A stretch of 12,176 nt of DNA from Pirellulales bacterium (GCA_048633705.1 JAIWBS010000009.1:1-12176); one strand, 5' to 3'; positions 1 through 6,861 are shown, counted from the first letter of the stretch. Notes: generated from the sequence alone by a model not told the origin. Translations and numbers: made by a program.

Positions 1-1
1 C

Positions 2-793
2 CCCTCTGATATAAAAGAGAATTTCAGCAAAGCAGGCACCAGTCATATTATTGCCATCTCGGGGATGCACATTACTATCATATCGGGCTTGATTCTCGGC
101 CTACTGATGGGCATTGGCTTTAATCGCAAGCAGGCATTTTTGGCAGCTACCATGATACTGCTAATTTATCTGTTTATAATCGGTTTTCCGGCCTCGGCAG
201 TCAGGGCAACCATTATGGGTTTTTTGGTAATGTGGGCAATGTATTTAGGCCGGCTAAATAATTCCCTGAACGCTCTTTTATTAACAGCTTCGATCATGCT
301 TTTGATAAATCCTAGACTGTTGAGGAATGATATTGGCTTTCAACTTTCTTTTGCCGCGGTTATCGGAATAATATATTTTAAACCACTTTTTGATAATCTA
401 TTCGCCAAACTGTCCAGTCGGTTCCAAATAAAAGAAGCAATTGCCATGACTTTAGCTGCTCAAATCACTACTTGGCCGCTGACAATTTATTATTTTGATA
501 AGTTTTCTCTAATTGCCCCAATTGCTAATGTTTTGATTGTGCCGGTTTTGCCCTTTGTCCTAATCTTAGGAATTATTGGAATAGGATTAGGATTTATTGT
601 ACCGTCCATGGCTCAGCTGGTTTTTTGGATTCTGTCTTTGTTGATCACTTATGTAATTAAAACAATTGAGGTATTGAGCACATTATCCTTTTCTTACCTA
701 AGGATTGAAGGATTTCAGCCGGTCTATATTCTGTTTGCTTATTGTCTAGTTTTTGGTTTACTATTTATAATAAGGAGAAGAAAATATGCCTAG
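2..793 (+). CDS. comEC: ComEC/Rec2 competence-domain polytopic membrane protein, 5'-truncated by the window edge
   Basis: The frame of the 65..793 ORF stays open back to nt 2, reading PSDIKENFSKAGTSHIIAISGMH. The 'SHIIAISGMH' stretch matches the classic ComEC competence-domain signature (HLLAISGLH-like). The rest is multi-helix hydrophobic, typical of the ComEC channel domain. A stop at 791-793 overlaps the next ORF's start. Confidence 0.75.
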   Translation, partial: PSDIKENFSKAGTSHIIAISGMHITIISGLILGLLMGIGFNRKQAFLAATMILLIYLFIIGFPASAVRATIMGFLVMWAMYLGRLNNSLNALLLTASIMLLINPRLLRNDIGFQLSFAAVIGIIYFKPLFDNLFAKLSSRFQIKEAIAMTLAAQITTWPLTIYYFDKFSLIAPIANVLIVPVLPFVLILGIIGIGLGFIVPSMAQLVFWILSLLITYVIKTIEVLSTLSFSYLRIEGFQPVYILFAYCLVFGLLFIIRRRKYA

Positions 794-1640
794 TCGCTAT
801 AAACTATTAATAATTATTGTTGTCCTTATGGCTGTTGGGGCAGGAGTTTTCTTTTGGCTTTATAGAGAAAGTCCCCAACAGCTGGAAGTAATTTTTATGG
901 ATATTGGCCAAGGTGATGCGATTTTGATTAAAACACCATACGACCAGCAAATATTAATTGATGGGGGACCAGACAATTCAATTCTCCAAAAATTGGGAGA
1001 ACATATGCCGTTTTGGGACAGGTCGATTGATTTGATGATACTAACTCATCCCCATTCAGATCACGTGGGCGGCTTAGTGGCAGTGTTGGATCGCTATGAA
1101 GTAGCCAATATTTTCTACACTGGAGTCAGTTGTCATTCGCCCGATTATTTGGCTTGGCTAGAAAAAATCGAAAAAAAAGGAATCCCCCTAAAGATTATGA
1201 AGATTGGGAACAAAATAACTTTGGGCGGTGATTTGGTTTTGGATACGCTATTTCCCTTCCAGGATTTGACCGATCAAGAAGTAGATGATTTAAATGGCAC
1301 CTCGATTGTCAACAGGCTGGTTTACGGCCAGCACAGTTTTCTATTAACCGGTGATTTGACTTCTGTGCAGGAAGAAGAAATTTTACAAAAGAGATTAATT
1401 ATTGAATCAGATGTTTTGAAAGTAGGGCATCATGGTTCAAAGTATTCTTCCTCGCCAGATTTTTTGGAGACAGTTGATCCACAATACGCGGTTATTCAAG
1501 TGGGCCAAGATAATAGGTTTGGCCATCCTCATCTTCTTACTATACAAAATCTAGAAAATGCAGATGCTGTGATTTTGCGCAATGACCGACAGGGTGACAT
1601 TAAATGTCAGTCGGATAAGGTTGTTTTATCTTGTTTTTAG
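786..1640 (+). CDS. comEC: ComEC-type metallo-beta-lactamase-fold domain protein with an N-terminal TM anchor, encoded as a separate ORF
   Basis: The 786..1640 ORF has an N-terminal TM helix (LLIIIVVLMAVGAGVFFWLY). It then shows 'IFMDIGQGDAILIK', an HxHxDH motif 'HPHSDHVGG' and 'VGHHGSKYSS', which together are characteristic of the ComEC C-terminal MBL domain. An SD-like AGGAGA lies 7 nt upstream of the ATG. The start overlaps the upstream stop in ATGCCTAG. Confidence 0.8.
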   Translation: MPSRYKLLIIIVVLMAVGAGVFFWLYRESPQQLEVIFMDIGQGDAILIKTPYDQQILIDGGPDNSILQKLGEHMPFWDRSIDLMILTHPHSDHVGGLVAVLDRYEVANIFYTGVSCHSPDYLAWLEKIEKKGIPLKIMKIGNKITLGGDLVLDTLFPFQDLTDQEVDDLNGTSIVNRLVYGQHSFLLTGDLTSVQEEEILQKRLIIESDVLKVGHHGSKYSSSPDFLETVDPQYAVIQVGQDNRFGHPHLLTIQNLENADAVILRNDRQGDIKCQSDKVVLSCF

Positions 1641-1644
1641 TTTG

Positions 1645-1653
1645 TGCTATAAT
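1645..1653 (+). promoter_or_regulatory. Extended -10 element TGcTATAAT, 9 nt upstream of the ATG at 1663, implying a leaderless or near-leaderless transcript
   Basis: TGCTATAAT sits at 1645-1653 and the ATG at 1663. There is no SD in between. Confidence 0.4.
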
Positions 1654-1662
1654 TTTTAGTAT

Positions 1663-2334
1663 ATGAAAGAAGATCAATCAGAACAAGCTATTCCCAAGCC
1701 GTGGTATTTTAAGCCCTGGGAGGTTTTGGTTTCTTTTTTATTGGTGATCGTTCTAGTTTGGTTGATTGGTTTGAATATGTGGTTATGGAATCCTGATCCT
1801 TTTCCTGAAGACAATGAGCAAGCAGCCAACCCTTTTGCTACTGACGTAGACGATGATCCCTCTTGGGGTCCGCTAAATTCCGGAATTACTATTATTTCTT
1901 TTCAGGATTTTACCTGTTCAGCTTGTGCCCAGGCTTACCAAGCCATGAAGCAGTTAAGGGAAAATTATCTGACCAAAATTCATTTTGTGTTTAGAGATTT
2001 TCCGATTATCGGGGCTAATTCAACCGTTGCCGCTATGGCAGCAGAATGTGCCGATGATCAGGGGAAATTTTGGGAAATGCACGATAAACTTTTTGAAAAT
2101 CAAGAAAGAATATCCAAAGAGTACGTCAAAGCTTTTGCTGCTCAGATCGGTTTAGATATGATGGATTTTAATGAATGTTACGATTCCAATAAATATCTCA
2201 ATGAGATTCGCAATGATTTCAATGAAGGATTGGCAGCCGGAGCTACTGCCACACCGACTTATTTTGTCAACGGCACCAGAGTTGAAGGTGCTTTTAGTTA
2301 TGATGTCTGGGCGGAGGTGATTGAGAGTATTTAG
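1663..2334 (+). CDS. Membrane-anchored DsbA/BdbD-family thiol-disulfide oxidoreductase (thioredoxin fold)
   Basis: The 1663..2334 ORF has an N-terminal TM helix (VLVSFLLVIVLVWLIGL). Its CxxC active site reads 'FTCSACAQ'. A cis-Pro loop 'ATPTYFVNG' and 'GKFWEMHDKLF' match the DsbA-like Thioredoxin_4 family. Confidence 0.8.
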   Translation: MKEDQSEQAIPKPWYFKPWEVLVSFLLVIVLVWLIGLNMWLWNPDPFPEDNEQAANPFATDVDDDPSWGPLNSGITIISFQDFTCSACAQAYQAMKQLRENYLTKIHFVFRDFPIIGANSTVAAMAAECADDQGKFWEMHDKLFENQERISKEYVKAFAAQIGLDMMDFNECYDSNKYLNEIRNDFNEGLAAGATATPTYFVNGTRVEGAFSYDVWAEVIESI

Positions 2335-2365
2335 CAGTAGTTACTCTTATTAATCTGTTTCGGGG

Positions 2366-2393
2366 TTGACATTTTTTTTAATTGTGTTAAGAT
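2366..2393 (+). promoter_or_regulatory. Sigma70-like promoter: -35 TTGACA, 16-nt spacer, extended -10 TGtTAAGAT
   Basis: TTGACA at 2366-2371, TG at 2385-2386, TAAGAT at 2388-2393. AAGGA lies 6 nt before the ATG at 2432. Confidence 0.4.
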
Positions 2394-2431
2394 TTGAAAA
2401 CAAGTTAAAAATTAATAAATAAAGGAAAAAT

Positions 2432-3205
2432 ATGGAAGACGAAAAAACACCAGAAAGTAAGGGGTTATTTAAGAATCAATCCAAATTAACCTTTATGTTG
2501 GGTTTATTTATAGGGATTGCCGTGGTATCCACTTTTGCTTTCTTTTTTACGCTAGTTGTTCTGCTTAATGATGGCGAAGAGAGTGGAAATGTGGCTTCTG
2601 CCGACGGAGCCGTGGCCGGTCAAGCTGACGCTGATCCCGGTCCAATACCAACAGACGGTACAGCACCGCAAGCTCAAGGTAATATCGAACTGATTGTTAC
2701 CATCGACGACAATACACCAATTCGGGGCAACAAAGATGCCAAAGTGACCTTAATTGAATTTTCTGATTTTGAATGTTCTTATTGTTCCAGGCATCAGGAA
2801 ACTTTGAAACAGATCGTGGATGAATTTCCCAATGATGTTAGATTGGTCTACAAGCACTTTCCTTTGTCATTCCACACCAATGCTCAGAAAGCAGCTGAAG
2901 CCTCAGAATGTGCCGGTGAGCAAGGTAAGTTTTGGGAAATGCATGACAAACTATACGAAGCAGCCGCTAACAAAGAATTGAGTGTAGAGAAATATAAAGA
3001 GTTGGCCAAAGATCTGGGTTTAAATACCGGTCAATTCGATTCCTGTCTGGATGACGGCACCTACGCTTCCAAAGTCCAATCAGATATGCAGGAAGGGATT
3101 GCGGCTGGCGTAGAAGGTACTCCTGGTACCTTTATCAACGGTACTCTGATTTCCGGAGCAGTACCCTACGATTCTTTCGTAACGGTGATTCAAGGCGAAC
3201 TCTAA
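2432..3205 (+). CDS. Second membrane-anchored DsbA/BdbD-family thiol-disulfide oxidoreductase, a paralog of the upstream gene
   Basis: The 2432..3205 ORF has a TM helix, then a low-complexity Ala/Gly/Asp/Pro linker, then a thioredoxin domain. The CxxC reads 'FECSYCSRH'. 'GKFWEMHDKLY' and the cis-Pro loop 'GTPGTFINGTL' are clearly paralogous to ORF 1663..2334. Confidence 0.8.
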   Translation: MEDEKTPESKGLFKNQSKLTFMLGLFIGIAVVSTFAFFFTLVVLLNDGEESGNVASADGAVAGQADADPGPIPTDGTAPQAQGNIELIVTIDDNTPIRGNKDAKVTLIEFSDFECSYCSRHQETLKQIVDEFPNDVRLVYKHFPLSFHTNAQKAAEASECAGEQGKFWEMHDKLYEAAANKELSVEKYKELAKDLGLNTGQFDSCLDDGTYASKVQSDMQEGIAAGVEGTPGTFINGTLISGAVPYDSFVTVIQGEL

Positions 3206-3966
3206 TGCCCTGGTGGCAATTTACAGATATATCTATAGGACCCTTGACTATTCAAGTCTGGGGTCTTTTGGTTTCTTTAGCTTTTTTGGTCAGCATCATC
3301 GTTGCTTATTTTGAACTAAAAAGAAAAGAGCTGGATAGTAAGATTGTTCTGGACTTGGCGGTCTGGATTATTATCGGGGCGATAATCGGCAGCCGGCTTT
3401 TTTACGTGATAAACGAGTGGAGCAAGTTCCAAAATAATCTGGTTGATATTTTTAAAGTTTGGGAAGGGGGCATGGCTTTGTATGGAGGGGTGGCACTGGG
3501 AAGCTTGGCTGCTTGGCTTTTTATCAAGAAAAAGAAACTAAAATTTGGACCGTACGCCGATGCAGTGCTTTTTGTTTTACCCTTGGGCTTGTTTATCGGC
3601 CGGATCGGTTGTTTCATGATTCACGATCATCTAGGCACAGTAACTAGCTTTCCCTGGGGCATAGAATACCAAGGGGCATTGCGGCACGAAACCGCCATGT
3701 ATAGTATGATAGCTAACCTGATTATATTTTTCTGTTTATTCTATATCAGAAAAGCCAAATTCAATTTTACCGGGCTGGTTTCTTCGGTGTTTATGATTTG
3801 GTACGGGGTGACCCGGTTTATTATCGATATGTTCCGAGCCCAGGATTTACCGATGTCTGATCCCAGAATTGGAGGATTTACCCCCTCGCAGTATATTAGC
3901 GTTTTGTTGGTCGTATTGGGTGTTTGGTTGTTGGTGAGAAAAAGGAGATTAGAGATCGGTAATTAG
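3205..3966 (+). CDS. lgt: Prolipoprotein diacylglyceryl transferase
   Basis: The 3205..3966 ORF is a 7-TM protein. Its N-terminus 'GPLTIQVWGLLVSLAFLVS' resembles Lgt 'GPLSIHWYGLMY'. 'GGMALYGGVALG' is present. A divergent Lgt signature 'GRIGCFMIHDHLG' (compare GRxGNFxNxExxG) and the C-terminal 'YGVTRFIIDMFR' (compare E. coli YGxFRFIIEFFR) support the call. The ATG overlaps the upstream stop (TAATG). Confidence 0.85.
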   Translation: MPWWQFTDISIGPLTIQVWGLLVSLAFLVSIIVAYFELKRKELDSKIVLDLAVWIIIGAIIGSRLFYVINEWSKFQNNLVDIFKVWEGGMALYGGVALGSLAAWLFIKKKKLKFGPYADAVLFVLPLGLFIGRIGCFMIHDHLGTVTSFPWGIEYQGALRHETAMYSMIANLIIFFCLFYIRKAKFNFTGLVSSVFMIWYGVTRFIIDMFRAQDLPMSDPRIGGFTPSQYISVLLVVLGVWLLVRKRRLEIGN

Positions 3967-4045
3967 TAATTAGAATAATTAAAAACTCCATTTAGTGGAA
4001 TTTTTTTGTTTATGGGTTTAAAATAAGGCTGCATTAGTTATAAGG

Positions 4046-4074
4046 TTGACAAATTCACAGATATGTGATAATAT
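4046..4074 (+). promoter_or_regulatory. Consensus sigma70 promoter: -35 TTGACA, 17-nt spacer, extended -10 TGaTAATAT
   Basis: TTGACA at 4046-4051, TG at 4066-4067, TAATAT at 4069-4074. The predicted TSS is ~4081, giving a ~127-nt leader to the ATG at 4208. Confidence 0.6.
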
Positions 4075-4207
4075 CACCCGTCATCCTAGGAGTATTGTCT
4101 CTTGGGACGATCTGTCCTTTTTAGGATGGAATATAGTGTACATTGACAAGTTCTGAGTGCTAAACAAGCAGTATAACCAATGGCCATCAAACACGGAGGT
4201 GATGAGA

Positions 4208-5632
4208 ATGTATTGGCCCATAGTGTGGATCTGTATCGTCGTTGCTGTCATCGTGCTGGCGGTTGTTTTTCACAAGAAGGTTATCGAGGCAATCACCAGA
4301 TCAGCTACTCAGGTGGCCAGAGAGATAGCCCACAAGACAGTGGATGCGCGCATCGACGAGCTGAAGCCGATTACTGAAGGAGAGGCTGAATCGTCTAGTC
4401 AGGGCGGTAACGCCACGCAAAGTCCGGTTTACGAGAGTGTACCGGACATCAAGATCCGAAAGAACAGCTGGTTACTCTTTCCACTGGTTATCCAGTTGAT
4501 AGCGGTTGTTGTCATCTGGTCGCTTACTAGCGGTTTCGGAGATTCCGGTTGGAGCTGGCAGGGTTTCGCCCAGGGTCTGGCTAAGGCCGGATTGCTGGAG
4601 CTCGGCCTGGCTCTTCTGATCAAGCCGCAGCGAGTCGAGCAGCGGAGAGCCCGAGGCATCGAGTTTCTGGGCCGTCCGGTAGCCATCGCTCTAGAAGGAC
4701 TGGTTTTCCTCTGGCGTTGGGAGAGACTAAGCACCAAGCTAGGTACTGCCGAAGATACCGACGGCAAGAAAGTAACCAGAGCGGTGCCTCATTTCGTGAC
4801 TTCTCGGATGGTTACCATAGACATGGAACCTGAGGATGTTCACGATGAGGACATGGTTCCCTTCAAGGTTCAGATGGCCATGAAGTATGAGGTAGTCTGG
4901 ACTGAACAGGGAATCGTAGCAGCTCTCTACGGTTTCGAAGGTGACATCGAGATGCATATTGACCAGTCACTGCGGTCGGCTCTGGCAGATTTTGCTGGCA
5001 GTAAGAAAGTCAAAGATGTTCCTAGTAGCCAGAAAGAGCTGGAAGCCAGTGTCGAAACGTACTTCAAGAAAGAGGCCCTCGATTTCGTTCATCGCTTCGG
5101 CTATAAGTTGAAACAGGCTGAGTACAAAGGCCTGACTAGTCGGTTCTCCGATGCTCTGGCGGCTGGACAAATCAAGAAAGCCCTGGCAGCTGGTGATATT
5201 GCGGAGGCTGAAGGTAAGAAGCGAGCTGCCATGAAGGGGACCGATGCCAGGGTCTACGACATCGAAGAGAGCGGTAAGGCAGAGGCCAAGCGTCGAAAGA
5301 TGCTGGCGAAAGCTGATGCCAAGCGGCTGGAGCAGGCTATCCTGCAGATGGCTGGTTCTAATACAGAATTGGCCCAGCTTTCAGCCGAGGATAGACGTCA
5401 TCTGGCTGAGCGGGCGGCTGATTACCTTGGCACGCTCGACTACAACGCGGCCATCAAGACAGGAGCAGCTGACGAGAGTACGGTCGTCTTTGCCTCCCAG
5501 AGAGTGCCTGGTGTTCAGTTGGACGAGGCAGCTCTGCGTAGTGTGGTTTACCGTGTCATGCACGAAACTCTACCCGGAGGCAACGAGGCTGAGAACGGAC
5601 CTGCTGCGGCTGGTGCTGCTGCCGGGCAGTAA
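4208..5632 (+). CDS. SPFH/band-7 (flotillin/YqiK-like) membrane protein with two N-terminal TM helices and an Ala/Glu/Lys-rich coiled-coil C-terminus, high-GC
   Basis: The ORF track starts this frame at GTG 4157. GGAGG at 4195-4199 is optimally spaced (8 nt) for ATG 4208, where 'MYWPIVWICIVVAVIVLAVVF' begins. The SPFH-like core reads 'IALEGLVFLWRWERLS...VPHFVTSRMVTIDMEPEDV...FKVQMAMKYEVV...LRSALADFAGSKKVKDV'. It is followed by EA/K-rich repeats 'AEAEGKKRAAMKGTDARVYDIEESGKAEAKRRKMLAKADAKRLEQA' that resemble flotillin coiled coils. GC is ~55-60% against ~37% in the flanks. Confidence 0.55.
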   Translation: MYWPIVWICIVVAVIVLAVVFHKKVIEAITRSATQVAREIAHKTVDARIDELKPITEGEAESSSQGGNATQSPVYESVPDIKIRKNSWLLFPLVIQLIAVVVIWSLTSGFGDSGWSWQGFAQGLAKAGLLELGLALLIKPQRVEQRRARGIEFLGRPVAIALEGLVFLWRWERLSTKLGTAEDTDGKKVTRAVPHFVTSRMVTIDMEPEDVHDEDMVPFKVQMAMKYEVVWTEQGIVAALYGFEGDIEMHIDQSLRSALADFAGSKKVKDVPSSQKELEASVETYFKKEALDFVHRFGYKLKQAEYKGLTSRFSDALAAGQIKKALAAGDIAEAEGKKRAAMKGTDARVYDIEESGKAEAKRRKMLAKADAKRLEQAILQMAGSNTELAQLSAEDRRHLAERAADYLGTLDYNAAIKTGAADESTVVFASQRVPGVQLDEAALRSVVYRVMHETLPGGNEAENGPAAAGAAAGQ

Positions 5633-5650
5633 GCCGGAAAGGAGGGCGCC

Positions 5651-6799
5651 ATGAAGGTTAAGTGGATTTGGATCGCGATGGCTGGCTTCCTGGCTCTCTG
5701 GCTTTTGTCCAACGTTGACTTCAGTCGGCCGGCTGAGACGGTGAAAGCTGAGGTTGGAGCAGTTCAGGGTCTCCAGTTTAACTGGCTCTGGGCGGTTATC
5801 GCTCTGATCGTGTTGATCGTAGTATTGGTCATTCTGGCCAAGAAAGGAATCCTGAAGAATACCGGGTTGCCGAGCAAACTGTTGCTAGCAATCTTGTTCC
5901 TGGTTATGGCTATCGGCATCTTAGTGGCTGTTATCAAGCCGGATCGGTTACTGTTGATGGCCAAAGGGGAACCAGTAATATTCTTCGTATGTCTGGGTTT
6001 GCTGATTGTGGGCATTGGGTTCTGGAAGTTGTCAGAGCTGAACTACCCAGTCTGGTTTGCTTTCGTTGCCTTGTTGCTAGTTCTGCCGATTGGTCTGGCA
6101 AGAACCAATCCAGATCGAACGCCGAGTCATGACGAGCTGGAAACCGTCTTCGAGCACGAATGTTACCCCATTACCGACCCTGAGCGTTTGGCCCAATTTC
6201 CCTCTGTAGTTCGGGCTTACGACGTTAAGGTCGGACTGATCGAGGGTGGTGTAGGTGTTAGTAAGATCACCTTCACTGCCGAGGATGAGGGGTACTGGTG
6301 CCTGCTACGCAATTGGCAGGGCTGGTGGTGTGTCGGTGACGAGAAGACAGGCCGTCCGGTGGTTGGTATTCAAGGAGAGCCATCCTGGGAGTACGGTGAC
6401 AACAGAATGTGTACTTCCCGGAAATGGAATGTCGGCGGCTTGATGTGTTGGATTGGTACGCCGTTTGCCTACGACATGCCGCGAAAAGGGCTCTATAGCC
6501 TCAAGCACAACCCTTACTGGGAGCCCAGTCATCCAGACTGTTTCTTGGTGGGAGGAGACAAGCTGTTTCCCATCTTAGCCAAGGACTGGCTGGAATGGCT
6601 GGGTACAGATGAGGGCAACATCGTACTCTGCGGCAACGAGTCTGAAAACGGCTACAATGATGGCAACAATCTAGGTTTTGTCTGGGGTGAGCTCTGGATT
6701 CTCAGAGAGCGCCCGGTAGAGAGCCAGTTGCTGCCGTTGTTGGAGAAGTCTCGTGGTCGTACGAGCACTCAGAACACATGTGGGGTTTCTCCCGCATGA
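5651..6799 (+). CDS. Polytopic membrane protein (~5 TM) with a ~230-aa C-terminal Cys- and Trp-rich domain of unknown function, high-GC
   Basis: The 5651..6799 ORF has GGAGGG 5 nt upstream of its ATG. Five hydrophobic helices occupy the first ~150 aa. The C-terminal domain holds 8 Cys and ~12 Trp (YWCLLRNWQGWWCVGD, MCWIGTPFAYD, HPDCFLVGG) and I recognise no family in it. Codon usage is GC-rich like the upstream gene. Confidence 0.6.
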   Translation: MKVKWIWIAMAGFLALWLLSNVDFSRPAETVKAEVGAVQGLQFNWLWAVIALIVLIVVLVILAKKGILKNTGLPSKLLLAILFLVMAIGILVAVIKPDRLLLMAKGEPVIFFVCLGLLIVGIGFWKLSELNYPVWFAFVALLLVLPIGLARTNPDRTPSHDELETVFEHECYPITDPERLAQFPSVVRAYDVKVGLIEGGVGVSKITFTAEDEGYWCLLRNWQGWWCVGDEKTGRPVVGIQGEPSWEYGDNRMCTSRKWNVGGLMCWIGTPFAYDMPRKGLYSLKHNPYWEPSHPDCFLVGGDKLFPILAKDWLEWLGTDEGNIVLCGNESENGYNDGNNLGFVWGELWILRERPVESQLLPLLEKSRGRTSTQNTCGVSPA

Positions 6800-6805
6800 C
6801 TTCAC

Positions 6806-6846
6806 GGCCCCAGCGAGCATCGCTTGCTGGGGCCTCTTCTTTTTCT
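6806..6846 (+). terminator. Rho-independent terminator
   Basis: GGCCCCAGCGAGC (6806-6818), loop ATC, GCTTGCTGGGGCC (6822-6834). This is a 13-bp stem with one G.U pair, followed by TCTTCTTTTTCT. Confidence 0.8.
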
Positions 6847-6861
6847 AAAAAGTGACAAAAT

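Noticed and set aside
1161-1175. A8 homopolymer (cgaaaaaaaagg) inside the MBL-domain gene as a phase-variation or slippage site
   Set aside because: The genome is AT-rich and such runs are common. The frame is intact and there is no evidence of variability from a single sequence.
3402-3647. ORFs 3402..3617 (-) and 3459..3647 (+) inside lgt
   Set aside because: They are nested within the well-supported lgt frame. They have no RBS and no recognisable domains.
4143-4178. Second TTGACA at 4143-4148 as an additional promoter
   Set aside because: The nearest TATAAC-like hexamer is 23 nt downstream and there is no properly spaced -10. It is probably a chance match.
4157-4207. GTG 4157 as the start of the SPFH gene
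   Set aside because: It has no Shine-Dalgarno sequence. GGAGG at 4195-4199 is positioned for ATG 4208, where the first TM helix begins. Kept as an alternative only.
4180-6532. Nine short ORFs in alternative frames and on the minus strand inside the two high-GC genes (4180..4377+, 4429..4767-, 4739..4957-, 4967..5170-, 5244..5654+, 5381..5563-, 5764..6015-, 6255..6443+, 6305..6532-)
   Set aside because: GC-rich DNA produces long stop-free alternative frames. The translations are Arg/Ser/Pro-rich low-complexity sequence with no start context. They are entirely nested in longer, coherent CDSs.
6852-6857. GTGACA as a -35 for the GT-C gene
   Set aside because: It lies only 7 nt from the TATAAT. 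The extended -10 (TGcTATAAT) explains the promoter without it.
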